Below, one piece after another: positions 24,948 through 37,660 of a stretch of DNA of 64,000 nucleotides. The notes beneath the pieces were generated by a model that searched no databases, was not told the DNA's origin, and saw only the letters and a program-made list of their open reading frames with translations. Positions within the stretch are counted from its first letter, which is position 1, and every line of letters starts with the position of its first letter. The translations under genes were made by a program, and so were the position numbers. The DNA comes from Octopus vulgaris. Taxonomy: Eukaryota. The stretch covers positions 79,980,001-80,044,000 of the forward strand of contig OX597821.1 in NCBI GenBank assembly GCA_951406725.2, in the 5' to 3' direction.

Positions 24948-25479
24948 GCAGTGTCTTTCATTCAACAGCTTCGCCTTCTTCCCCTTTTACTTACGTATAA
25001 TAATCTCTCCCCTTCCTTGCAATTAAATACTGATCAATTTTTATAGTTCCGGAAACCATTTCTCGACATTATTCTACAGTTTTGAAAATTTCTGCAGAAT
25101 TGCAGTCTGTAAGCAGTCGGTTACACATATGTTTTAGTTATATACAATATTTATTTTGGAAATATTTGCGCCTTTTTGTTTTTATTTATCTTATTTATTA
25201 GTGTTCTGTCTAGAATAACGGAGTTCGTTCCTAAGAAAGAAAGCAGAGCGCCATCAACACTCGATTTTGGATTACAGCAACAATCATCATTGAATATCGA
25301 ACTTTAAAAAATGTCTTGTATATTTTTCTGTCCCACTTATAGATTGTATCTCTAAAGTCTGTGTTAGGCTGTTTCCTTCTTTGTGTAAAAATTCTAACTT
25401 CTCCAGTTCATCGCTTAGATACATATAAACAAAACCAAGTGCACTAGGCATTCTTTCGAAATAACTCGACAAAATCAAA

Positions 25480-25510
25480 ACATTTCACTTCGGGTGAAAG
25501 AAGCCAGTCG

Positions 25511-25599
<89 letters not shown>

Positions 25600-25606
25600 G
25601 TCTGTG

Positions 25607-25686
<80 letters not shown>

Positions 25687-25900
25687 TTACCTCGCTTGAC
25701 AAACGTTGTTGGCGTCTTTACGTCCCCGTAATTTAGCGGTTAGGCAAAAAAAAACCAACAAAAAAAACAATAGAGCAAGTACTAGGCTTAAAAAATAAGT
25801 CCTGGTGTCGGTTTGCTCGACTAAAACCCTCCAAGGCGGCGGTGCTTCAGCATGGCCGCAGTCAACTGACTGAAACAAGCAAAGGAATGAAAGAATAAAA
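25480..25900 (+). mobile_element. SINE family A 3' part with expanded internal (TATC)n/(TG)n
   Basis: GAAAGAAGCCAGTCGTAT, then microsatellites, then CGCTTGACAAACG...GACTGAAACAAG. Confidence 0.8.
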
Positions 25901-25907
25901 TGATATA

Positions 25908-26287
<380 letters not shown>

Positions 26288-26629
26288 GCCTACATGAATG
26301 ACAATCACTCCTTTTTCTACGGAGTTAAAACTCTTATATTTCTTTTTTTTTTATAATATTCCCGGTTTCACTCTTCAAAAGCTATAAAATACGTATTTTT
26401 TTAAACATTTTTATTTTGTTTCTATTCATTATTGTTTTTTGTTTGCTTTCATTTCAAGCCTATCTAAGTTTGAAGAGGTTGGCTTCAATTGGATATTGAC
26501 ACGTCTGTGGCAATAGACACACAAGTGGAGCTGATCTATCCTTGTCTGCCATCCTGCAGCTATGTACACGTTCAAGTTTTGTAATAAGCAGTCGCAGTTA
26601 CCTTTGGCTATTAACAACGGTAACTGAAG

Positions 26630-27208
26630 AGGTGGTGTTGATGGAGAATGGAGATCATGAGGTGGAGGTGTAATGATGGTTGTGAAAGCAGTGGTGGTGG
26701 CGGCGATAGCAGTAATGGTTGTGAAATGTTGGTAGTGGTGATGATGGCAATAATGGTTGTGGATGTTGGTATGGTAGTGGTGGCGGTCGGTGGTGGACGT
26801 CGTTATGATAGTGGAGAAGGCGATGATGATTGTGGTTAGTGATGGCGGTGGGTGGGGTAGTAGGGACTGGCGGTGTTGGACGTGCGGTGAAATTGGTGGA
26901 GGTGAGGGTTCAATTGGTTAGTGGTGGCGGGGCTGCTGGGTGACGGGGGACATGGTGGTGTTAATGATAGTAGTGGTGGTAGTTGTGGTGGTGGTCGTAG
27001 TGGTTGGTGATGGTGATGATGGGAGATAGTCTGGATGGTGGCGGTGGTGGAAGTGGTGGGTTTTTTTTTTATGATAGTGGTAGTTAGTCATGGTGATGGT
27101 CATGGTGGTGACAATAATATTGATGACAATGATAATGGGGGTGGAGGTGGAGGGGAGGATAATAAACTGGTCGAGATGTAGTTGCCGTTAATAGAGATGG
27201 TGATTCCT

Positions 27209-27249
<41 letters not shown>

Positions 27250-27305
27250 TGCTGTTGTTATTATCCTCCTCCTCTTCTTGTCATTATTATTATTATTACT
27301 ATTAT
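26630..27305. repeat. GGT/GAT-rich low-complexity region
   Basis: Degenerate trinucleotide tract with no continuous frame. Confidence 0.85.
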
Positions 27306-27307
27306 GA

Positions 27308-28405
27308 AGGCGGCGACCTGGCAGAGTGGTTAGCACCCCGGGCGATATGCGTGGCCGTATTTCGTCTGCCGTTACGTTCTGAGTTCAAATTCCGCCGAAG
27401 TAACAGTTACACACTGGGATCAATGTAATCGACTTAATCCGTTTGTTTGTCCTTGTTTGTCCTCCCTGTGTTTAGCCCCTTGTGGGTAGTAAAGAAATAG
27501 GTATTTTGTCAGCCGTTACGTTCTGAGTTCAAATTCCGCCGAGGTCGACTTTGCCTTTCATCCTTTCGAGGTCGATAAATTAAGTACCAGTTATGCACTG
27601 GAGTTGATGTAATCGACTTAATCCCTTTGTCTGTCCTTGTTTGTCCTCTTTGTTTGTAACCCTTTGTTACCTTCAAATTCCGCCGCGGTCGACTTTGCCT
27701 TTCATCCTTCCGGGGTCGATAAATTAAGTACCAGTTACGCACTGGTGTCGATGTAATCGACTTAATCCATTTCTCTGTCCTTGTTTGTCCCCTCTGTGTT
27801 TAGCCCCTTGTGGGTAGTAACGAAATAAGAACCGTTAGCAAGCCGAGCGATATGCTCAATGGCATTTCGTTTCGGGTTCGATAAAATAAGTACCAGTCGA
27901 GTGCTGGGATCAATGCAACCGACTAGCCCCCCGTTCCCGTAAATTTCAGGTCTTTGCCTATAGTAGAAAGGATTATCATTATTATTGATAAGGTGGCGAG
28001 CTGGCAGAATCGTTAGAACGCTGGACGAAAAGCTTAGCGGTATTTCGCCCGTCTCTACGTTCTGAGTTCAAATCCCGCCGATGTCAACTTTGCCTTTCAT
28101 CCTTTCGGGGTCGATAAATCAAGTACTAGTGAAATACTGGGGTCGATGTAATCGACTAGCCTCCTCCCCCACAATTTCAGGCCTTATGCTTAAAGTAGAA
28201 ATTATTATTATTATTGTTCAGGCGCGGGCAAAATGCTTAGCGGAATTTGGTCCGTCTTTATGTTCTCAGTTCAAATTCTGCCGAGGTCAATTCTATCTTT
28301 CATCCTTTTGGGGTCAATAATAATAAGTACCAGTTGAACACTTGGGTCGATGTAATCGATTTCACCCTTTCCTCCGAATTTCTGGCCTTGTGCCAAAAAT
28401 TGAAA
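27308..28405 (+). mobile_element. Cluster and tandem array of SINE family B (about 6 units)
   Basis: Repeated TTCTGAGTTCAAATTCCGCCGAGGTCGACTTTGCCTTTCATCC...GTCGATGTAATCGACT units, with heads near 27308 and 27991. Confidence 0.9.
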
Positions 28406-28429
28406 CCATTATTATTATCATTATTATTA

Positions 28430-28470
<41 letters not shown>

Positions 28471-29014
28471 GAGTGAGAGAGCAGTGCATGCCATCAAAGT
28501 GACACTAGGGTAAAATATACGAAGCCCAGTATCCATATCATGACTACCTGTCCGATAAGGGTACACCAGGCACATGCATCACAACCAAATGTGCGCGACA
28601 TGGTGATCTCATATCAAGATAAACAGCACATGACCTTGCAGGTGGGGCCCAGTTAGAATTTTCTTGAGCCCATCCCGCTCAAAAGGTCCCTGAATAAGGA
28701 TTGTTTAAGGATGTTGAACGAACCACCCGTTTCCAAAGGAGAATTATCCAAACCTCTAAGAATTCCTTTCAACACACGGCTATGAAGCTCCCCGACTACT
28801 TCTGCTCGTGATCAGAGATGCACATATCGTCAGCAACTAAGGGAAATGCTCAATTTGTTACGGTCAAACAACTGACAAGCAAATCTGTGGTATTGAACAG
28901 AATATCTGCTGTAGCCCATCTTTTATACCAAGACAAAACAATGTACATTATAACACTTCCAATCAGTTAAGATCAGAAGCCACGAGAGCCACTGCCTGGT
29001 ACTGCATCAGGGCA
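28471..29014 (-). mobile_element. Non-coding interspersed element of about 540 bp embedded in (TAA)n, longer copy
   Basis: Flanked by ATT repeats on both sides. A second, truncated copy lies at 57503-57837 in the opposite orientation. Confidence 0.8.
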
Positions 29015-29024
29015 ATTATTATTA

Positions 29025-29098
<74 letters not shown>

Positions 29099-29408
29099 AA
29101 CGTCATCTCATAAGAAGACGCATAATAACCGTTGCTGTATACTCACTGGAACCCAGCCGTCCAACACCGCTCCTGATCACTTTATTACGCAGATATATTA
29201 ATAAGTTTTTGCTATGTCCTTCTTCTCTTTTCATATTGATTGTTTCCTTCCGTTAGGGCTATTTACACATTTCACACTAACAATTATTGACATGATCTCC
29301 AGCATATTTATCTAGACACCATTTTTTTTTTATGAGCAACGTCTGGAGTACAACCTTTCCCCGGCGCCGTGCAGGTTTATGTTTGCTATCGATTTTGAAG
29401 AGCGAAAC

Positions 29409-29450
<42 letters not shown>

Positions 29451-29589
29451 TGTGTGAGGGAGATGGGTGGAGAGGGGGTACTGAGGGAGAAAGGGAGCAG
29501 ACTGACATATTTTATATATATATATATATATATGTGTGTGTATGTGTATTTCTTTGCCTGCCTCTCTCTCTCTCGCTCTCTCCGTCTCA

Positions 29590-29658
<69 letters not shown>

Positions 29659-30191
29659 TGTATGTATTTACATACATATATATATAATATAAAATATGTA
29701 TAATGACATGTATATATATTTACGCGTGTGCGTAACACATACATATTTATATACATATATGTTTATACATGTATTGTGGGAGAGAGAAAGAGAGAGGGGA
29801 GAAGGTCAAGGGTCAGTACATGACTAGACAACGTAATTATTAAGGATATTAAAGCGAGTCGACCAGCTGAATAAGCGAACACTGCTAACAGATACGTAAG
29901 CATATATTTACATAAACGTTTATCCCATGCATTCACATATATGCACATGCACAGACGGGCACACACTGCAAAGCACACGTCTAAACGTACAAGGACGTGT
30001 GAATATGTGCACGATATATCTGCGTGTATGTCTGTGTATGTATGTGAGTGTTTGTGTATTGTATATCGAAGACATTTACGAGCATCATACAGTTACATCA
30101 TAGTGTAACTGACTCAATGAAACGGAGGTTGCCATAAACACTCGCGTATATATATGCACACACACAATGCACACATACATCTTTATGCATG

Positions 30192-30239
<48 letters not shown>

Positions 30240-30440
30240 GGGAGAATTCACCCCCCCCCCCCACCAAAAAATAAAAGACGAAGACAGGTGGTGTAGACAA
30301 CAAACAGATGTATTAGTATAACGCTCGGGAATTGAAAAAGTCTTTAACGTTTCGAGCCTACGCTCTTCCACAGAAAGGAACACAGAAAGAAAAAAGGAGA
30401 GAAAATAAAGAATGTGTAGTGGTTAGCGATCTATCATGGC
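30240..30440 (-). mobile_element. Penelope-like terminal repeat with a variant hammerhead motif
   Basis: Minus strand CTTT-CTGTGGA-A-GAGC-gtag-GCTC-GAA-ACGT-T-AAAG. Further copies at 38968-39055 and 46940-47080. Confidence 0.65.
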
Positions 30441-30500
30441 TATATATGTATTTAAATATGTGTGTTACGCACACGCGTAAATATATATATATAAAAAATG

Positions 30501-30537
<37 letters not shown>

Positions 30538-30540
30538 AAA

Positions 30541-30575
<35 letters not shown>

Positions 30576-30792
30576 TGTATTGCTGCCCTCATATGATAGA
30601 GGACCGAAGCACTTCAATCCAATGCAGCACTCAATCTGATCTCGTGGCTATCTACACTCTTGAAATGGAGCTGCAAGGAAGATAGAAATTGAGCTACGAT
30701 AGAAAATCCAGGCACCACACAGGTAAATCCAATGTGTAGGTCTAGCGAAGAGTAAAATATCCAAATAAGTGTTTAGCAGATCTTTTATCTCC

Positions 30793-31017
30793 AGCTGCAA
30801 TTGTTTCCGTACCACTCTGTTTTTAAAACCATTGCAAGCAAAACTTCTCAGTGCAAAAGTTTCGTAATATTTGCAGTTTTATATATTTGAGTAGCACTTC
30901 ATCTCACTTGCAACAACATTGTAATGTATGAAATAGTAAATATTACGTAACTCTTTACATGGAACTTTTTGGTGAAATGACGTTAGAAGCAGAGTGGTAG
31001 CGAAACAGCTGTAACTG
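30793..31017. repeat. Diverged fold-back with about 95-bp arms and a hammerhead 3' half GAAACAGCTGTA
   Basis: TGTTTCCGTACCACTCTGTTTTTAA pairs with TTAGAAGCAGAGTGGTAGCGAAACA, and CGTAATATTT pairs with AAATATTACG. Confidence 0.65.
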
Positions 31018-31066
31018 TCATTAAACATATCTTAAACAATTCGTTTTCGTATTAAGATTGCGCATG

Positions 31067-31114
<48 letters not shown>

Positions 31115-31115
<1 letters not shown>

Positions 31116-31480
31116 TCTTTTATTCTTCTACTTGTTCCAGTCATTTGACTGCAGCCATGCTGGAGCACCGCCTTTAGCCAAACAAATCGACCCCAGGACT
31201 TGTACTTATTCTATCGATCACTTTTGTTGAATCGCTAAGTTTCGGAGACGTAAACATACTAAGATCGGTTGTCAAGAAATGGTGAGGAGACAAACATAGA
31301 CACACAAATACACCACCTCACACACACACACATCTACATCTACCAAATCCACTCACAAGGCTTGGTCAACCTGAGGCTATAGTAGAAGACACTTGCCCAA
31401 GGCGCAAAGCAGTGGGACTGAACCCAGGACCATGTGGTTGGGAACCAAGCTTCATGCCACACAGTCATTCCTGTCCCTAT
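31115..31480 (-). mobile_element. SINE family A
   Basis: Colinear with the other A copies, with small deletions. Confidence 0.88.
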
Positions 31481-31481
31481 A

Positions 31482-31693
31482 TATGAATGAGAAAATTAAG
31501 AAAATAGACATCATTGACGTACAGACGTTATTTATTTAAAAACATTCAATTCCTTATAGAGAAATACTTGCCTACAACTCTTTCCACAGCCAAACAATTC
31601 AATTACAGGAATTTCTCGACAAGAATTTGAATGTCTTTAAATAAATAACGACTGTACGTCAGTTGTTTCTATTTTCTTCATTTTTTCATTCAT
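31482..31693. repeat. Fold-back with about 83-bp arms and about 45-bp spacer
   Basis: TGACGTACAGACGTTATTTATTTAAAAACATTCAA pairs with TTGAATGTCTTTAAATAAATAACGACTGTACGTCA. Confidence 0.8.
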
Positions 31694-32338
31694 AAAGCTT
31701 TTTAATAGCCATGCGTTTCAATGATAGGCTTAATATACCTGGTTTTCACTGTACGTTAGTATAAACGGGGGAACTAGGAAGGGACGTTCGTTTTCCTTGA
31801 TTAAATGATATAAATTAAGAACAACCAGGTAATAAATCTTATAGTCTAAGGTCTTTTGGAGTACCTCTTGTATTTGCTAACTCCAAATCATGCCTCATGG
31901 GGCAGACTTATGATCTAAGGCGTTCTAACCATAACCAACGTGTTTATTTCTGCCATAGCCTAACTATGATAATCTGTTGTTTTTCGTTTGATGGAGATTT
32001 AACCGCTATTTCTAGCATTTCGAGTGACCTTGTGAAGCATTTCTTGTTGACTCAACATTCAATATTATGAATACCTCTGTGATAGTTGTTCTGGTGAACC
32101 GAATCCACAGCCATTTTTTAATTTGTTGCAATAGACGAAAGAGCCCCAGGATGCTGTGAAACGCTGCTTCGTTAGAAATTAAAGTAAATCAGGCGAAACG
32201 GTTTCAATTCTAACTGGAAACTTAATTATCAAGTCAGACGATCAGTTTCACTTTCAGTCTGTCTGCCGTGTTTTTGTTCGCAAATCTCAATTCTGCACGA
32301 AACATTCGTGTATGTTGGCGGATTCTCTTAAAGCTGTG

Positions 32339-32420
<82 letters not shown>

Positions 32421-32742
32421 TAACATGTAGGCTTAGACATACAGATTAATGAATAAGTACAGATAAGAGATAGGCATTCATATTCTATGATACGTGCGTA
32501 TGCACAAGAGACCAAACTATTCTCAAATTTTTAAGTATTTGTTCTCAAGCGAGGGACATTTGTTCTCTTCCGTTTCCGGCAATGAGAGACTCTAATAAGA
32601 TTATGTTGGTGAAATCTTTTGCCATCAGCCAGACTCTGCATCTAGCACCGCTCTCTCTCTCTCACATACACAACACACACACAGACGCACACAGACACAC
32701 ATAAACACGCACACACACACAAAGACACACATACACACAAAT

Positions 32743-32818
<76 letters not shown>

Positions 32819-33479
32819 TTAATCTCTTTCTCTCTGCTGCCTTCTATGAGTTTGATTAAAGCTGAAACAGTATTTGGAGTATTTTGTCCAAGGAATATTA
32901 GTTTAATATGCAGGCAATTTCTAGCACTTTTGTCTACATAACGCTGCTCCGTCTTACGATCCTATATTGAAACTGTTATAACTCCGTTTCTTGCCCAAGG
33001 ACATATCATTACAAAATGTCAATAATGAGAAATGGCAAAAGACCAACAGATTTAAGCAGTCTTTGTTAAAGCAGTTTATTGCATTACTTCTCCAAGATAA
33101 TTATGAAAACTCAATGCACTTACAAGGAAAAAACCCTAAGGACCATTTGTTACTCAAACAAAACAGTTTGTTCAGCAAAAGAACATTTCTTTGTTTTTAA
33201 AATATAAACAGTCACTTCAAACAATTCGTCTGTTCGACCTTAAATGTGATCAGTACCGAGTTGCCGTAAAAGGTCATTTGTCCATAAAGAAAATTAGTAC
33301 CTTAAAACAATTCTTTTCTTCATCCTTAAAAAAACTTTAAAAAAACTCAATACCTTATGACAATTTCTCTCTTTGTCTTGTAGATGCCAATTGGGGTTTT
33401 GTGATTATCTTTCTCTCAAAATACAAACGGTATTAAGTAACAATTCTTCTCATTGTCCGAAAGGTACCTTTTGGACAAG

Positions 33480-34052
33480 GTAGGCGTGGTTAACAAGCTC
33501 GCTTTCCTACCACGTGGTTTCAAGTTCAGTCCTACTGTTCGGTGTTTTGGGCGTCTTCTACTAAAACTCTAAGATGACCAATACATATATTGTAAGCGAA
33601 GTTTTAGATGGAAATTGCGTGGAAGTCTGTCTGTTGTGCATATAAACTCGTATATATATTAGCTTTTATTTGTTCCAATCATGCCGGGAGACGGATTTGA
33701 AGAATTCTAGCCGAACAAACCGACGCCAGTACGTATTCTTTTTTTTCTGCTTAGTACTTTTTCTATTGGTTTTGTTTTTTGCCGAACTGCGAAGTTATGG
33801 GGACGTAAATCAACCAACACCATTTGACAAGCGGTGTATGTGTGTGTACACACACATGCAGACACAAACACATGTATATGTAAATATACGACGGGTTTCT
33901 TTTGGTTTCTGTCTTCTAAATCCACTCAGAAGGCTTTGATCGACCCTGGGATATAGTAGATGACTCTTATCCAGGGCGCCACGCTGTTAGATAGAACTCG
34001 GAGCCATGTGGCTGGGAGGCAAATTTCTCACTACACAGCCACATCTGTGCCT
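33480..34052. mobile_element. Two diverged SINE family A copies in opposite orientation (33480-33640 plus; 33665-34052 minus)
   Basis: Degenerate heads at both outer ends and a recognisable tail at 33665-33840. Confidence 0.7.
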
Positions 34053-34255
34053 CTCAAACAACACTTATTTTAGTGCTGTTGACACCGCCGGATTGAATGG
34101 TACTGCACAGGTGTCGAAACCATAATGATATCCGTGGGGCAGCTGATGATGGCCGTATGTTGGATTCTTGGTATGGCTGTTTTTGTATATGTGAAATAGT
34201 TATTATAACACATCCTCGGGGTCCAAATGGGCCAATTAGTAGTCTATATGGATCT

Positions 34256-34489
34256 TGGGGTTCCATATGATCCTTAGGGATCCATATAAGATTTTGTTAA
34301 AATCTACGTACAATTAACTGGTTATATTTCTACAACACACAAAATATTTAAATATTTCTTTTTATACTATTCCTAATAATATCTAATCATAAAAATATAG
34401 TAGGAATTTTTAGACATCCAAAAGCTATGAGAGTCCCACCCACTGAGTAAAATAGAAACCAAAGGGCAAAAAATGGTTGAGAACCACTG
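34256..34489 (+). mobile_element. hAT (Charlie-like) MITE with the left end decayed
   Basis: Ends in GGTTGAGAACCACTG and is colinear with 53525-53759. Confidence 0.7.
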
Positions 34490-34751
34490 AGTCACTTTCC
34501 AGCTGGTGATTTTGCTTTACTTATTTCCCTTTATTTTCCCACCTGGATGAAAGGCATAACGTTCTTCATTGTTTATTTCTCCTCATCTCATCGTAAAATA
34601 TATACTGTTGTGTGGAGTCGGGTCAGAAGAAATGAATACATTTAATAGTGAACGAAGACAAACTGTGGCAGCCTTTTTTGCCCAGTTTGACAATAAAATT
34701 TGGATGTTTGTGGGCAGTAAAGAAATAAGCAATATATTGATATAGTGATGT

Positions 34752-34913
34752 ATTTCGTCGGTCTTTATGTTGTAAGTTCAAATTCCACCGAGGTCGAGTT
34801 TGCCTTTCATCCCTTCGGGGTCGATAAATAAAGTAGCAGTTGTGTACTGGAGTCGATCTAATCGACTGGATTCCTTCCCCAAAATTTCAGGCCTTGTGCC
34901 TAGAGTAGAAAAG
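34752..34913 (+). mobile_element. Headless SINE family B unit flanked by a 21-bp direct repeat
   Basis: AATATATTGATATAGTGATGT at 34731-34751 and at 34914-34934. Confidence 0.85.
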
Positions 34914-35736
34914 AATATATTGATATAGTGATGTCTTCTAGTGCATCAGTCCATAGGTTGCAGAATCTTCTCTCCCAGCCCGCCTCAATACCCGAGGCGG
35001 TCCTAAAAGAGAGTATGGACGCTGCCTTTCCTCCTCTGATTAAGCTATTATAAAAACAAACATAGACCACGTCCCAGTTTCGATTCTCGATATCCCTCTT
35101 TCACTTCATTTACACCGTTAATGCCTTAAATAAGAAAAAAAGCAAGAAAATAAAAGAAAAGGTCCCTTAATATCATATTCCCCTATATAAAAATAGAACT
35201 TTATAAGTATATACGAAATCCATATGCTAAACGCTAATCTATAAAGAAAAGGAAAACAAGAATTAAAAACAAGATAAAGAGTGAAATAAATGGTTTGAGT
35301 TTGTATGTGTAGTCTTAGAAAGAATTTTTTTCCAGATGCCAAATTAACAGGACACCTAAGGTCTAACGTATGTCATTAGGAGTAAATGGTACCAAAAGCT
35401 TTTCGGATGAAAGAATCAGAAAGAAAGAGAAAGAGGTTTATTTCTAAAACAGCTCCTCCTTTGTCTTAAGCTGTTATTTTAATCTTAAAACGCCAAGAGT
35501 TCTTGGTGGCAACACGGGGAAATAAAAGGAAAAGCTTTATTATGGATCATCGGACATTTAGTCGATTTAGACAAATAATCCTTGTTGCACGCGCACGCAT
35601 GCACATGCGCACACGCACAGACACGCATGCGCGTGTGCACACACACACACACGTACGAACATACACACACACGCATTCATGTTCGTGTGTGTATGTGTGT
35701 GTGTGTGTGTATATTCATGCATTTGCATTCGTATGT

Positions 35737-35782
<46 letters not shown>

Positions 35783-36021
35783 CTCGTAGACAAATACATA
35801 AACTGGAAGCAGTGCATACATTCATGTATAATACACGCATTCATTTATTCATACATACATGCACACATACATACATACATACATACATACATACATACAT
35901 ACATACATACATACATACATACATGTATATGTAGATATGCCTGTATATATGAATGCATATATATATATGCGTGTGCGTGTTTGTGTGTGTGTGTGTGTGT
36001 GAATGCATATATGAATGCTTA

Positions 36022-36058
<37 letters not shown>

Positions 36059-36693
36059 ACAGTTAAAATTAGAATAAATATACAAATCATAAGAAATTCC
36101 TACGTAGATGGCGCCAAAGGGTCTCTCTTCCCCCGACTCCGGCGGTTATAACTTCACAATAGAGAGCGTCTTTCAACTTAATTACACAATTTAGCATCGA
36201 ATGATCTCGAGACATAGTTTTCTACAACTAGTAAGATACTTTAGACATTCTACGACAGTAGTTTTAGTTACCTACAATGTAATGACACACTTTGCAGTGG
36301 ATTGCTTTCGTTTTTGCTGTTGTTGCTTTCCACTTTTTGTTTTATTTTCTCTTTTTAAAAAACTTTTCTTTTCTTTTTTTTCACACTATATCTTCTTATC
36401 CTATAAATTCAAAATGCCTTATGTCATCTATGAAATTTTATTCGCCGCCTTTTATTCCCATCCCCATCTCTCTATCTCTCTTTCTCCTCCTTTATTTCCT
36501 TTAAATTTCATTCCCTTTCATGTGTTTATTAGCCTTTCTTTTTCCATCTTTCTCTCTTATTCGTCTCATCTGTCAAACACTATGAAGCAAGGAACTTAGT
36601 CTTTCGCCACGAAGCGGTTTCTCTTCTCGGTAGAAAACTTAGATTTTTTATTTTCGTGGGTAAGAAAATGTTCTACTATCTCTCAGTGTATCC

Positions 36694-36729
<36 letters not shown>

Positions 36730-37139
36730 TATCCAAAATAGTACATACGAGACTGACAAAGCAGTAACTGACAGAGGAAGCAGGCCAAACTTTTCTGGTT
36801 CTGTTCATCTTGATGCCAATAGTTATTATACAATATTTCAGCTTGATACTGCAAACGATAACGGATGAACACTAGATGTACTTTGGCGACTAGTTATTGT
36901 AAGGGAGATAATCACATCTCGATCAATCATGACGTGATGAGAAGTTTGAATTTTAAATCAGAGAGCTATGAAGAAGATGCAGGAAGTCTTTGAATACTGA
37001 TTGGTCTGCTACAAACGCTTCTACTCTTCCTCTAAAGATGGGGTCTCGCCTCATATTTACAGAAATGAAAATTAGCGATATATTTATCTTGAAGTTTATA
37101 AAATAAATTCTAAACTTTGTTAAATTGAATTTTGTTTTA

Positions 37140-37400
37140 TATTTCACTTGTTGCAGCCACTGGTCTATGGCCATGCTGGAACACCACGTTGAAGGATTTA
37201 ACGGAACAAATCACTCATTTATTATCATACACACAAATATTCACACAGACACACAAATATGAGACGAGTTTCTTTCAGCTTCCTTCTATCAAATTCACTG
37301 ACAAGGTATTGATTGGTGTAGAGCTTTTGTAGAAAACTCTTGTCCAATTTGCCAAGCAGTGGGACTGAACCCAAAACCATGTGGTTGGGAGACAAACGTC
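37140..37400 (-). mobile_element. Diverged SINE family A
   Basis: TGGCCATGCTGGAACACC and GCAGTGGGACTGAACCCAAAACCATGTGGTTGGG. Confidence 0.75.
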
Positions 37401-37660
37401 TTACAACACAGTCGTGCCTCCGCCTCTGTAGTCTGGTTCCTATTATTTAATGTTTTAATGATTTTATCTCAAATAAAGTTTATTTGTTTTTCAATTATAA
37501 ATATAAATGCCCTCTCCTGTTACAGAGACAATAAACGGCTCTGGATGAATATGAAAGCGGATATCTTGATGCTAGGGTTATTCTTGCCGTAATCTATATA
37601 CTTATTTCATAACAGAAAGTCAGATTCGATCGAAGAAAGATTAAATACATTCTATTCAGT

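Noticed and set aside
25287-25478. 63-aa protein-like ORF on the minus strand
   Set aside because: No recognisable motif or convincing splice sites, and its length is within chance expectation.
27308-28405. Regularly repeated units resembling a CRISPR array
   Set aside because: The units are SINE bodies of about 180 bp without unique spacers. There are no cas genes and the context is eukaryotic.
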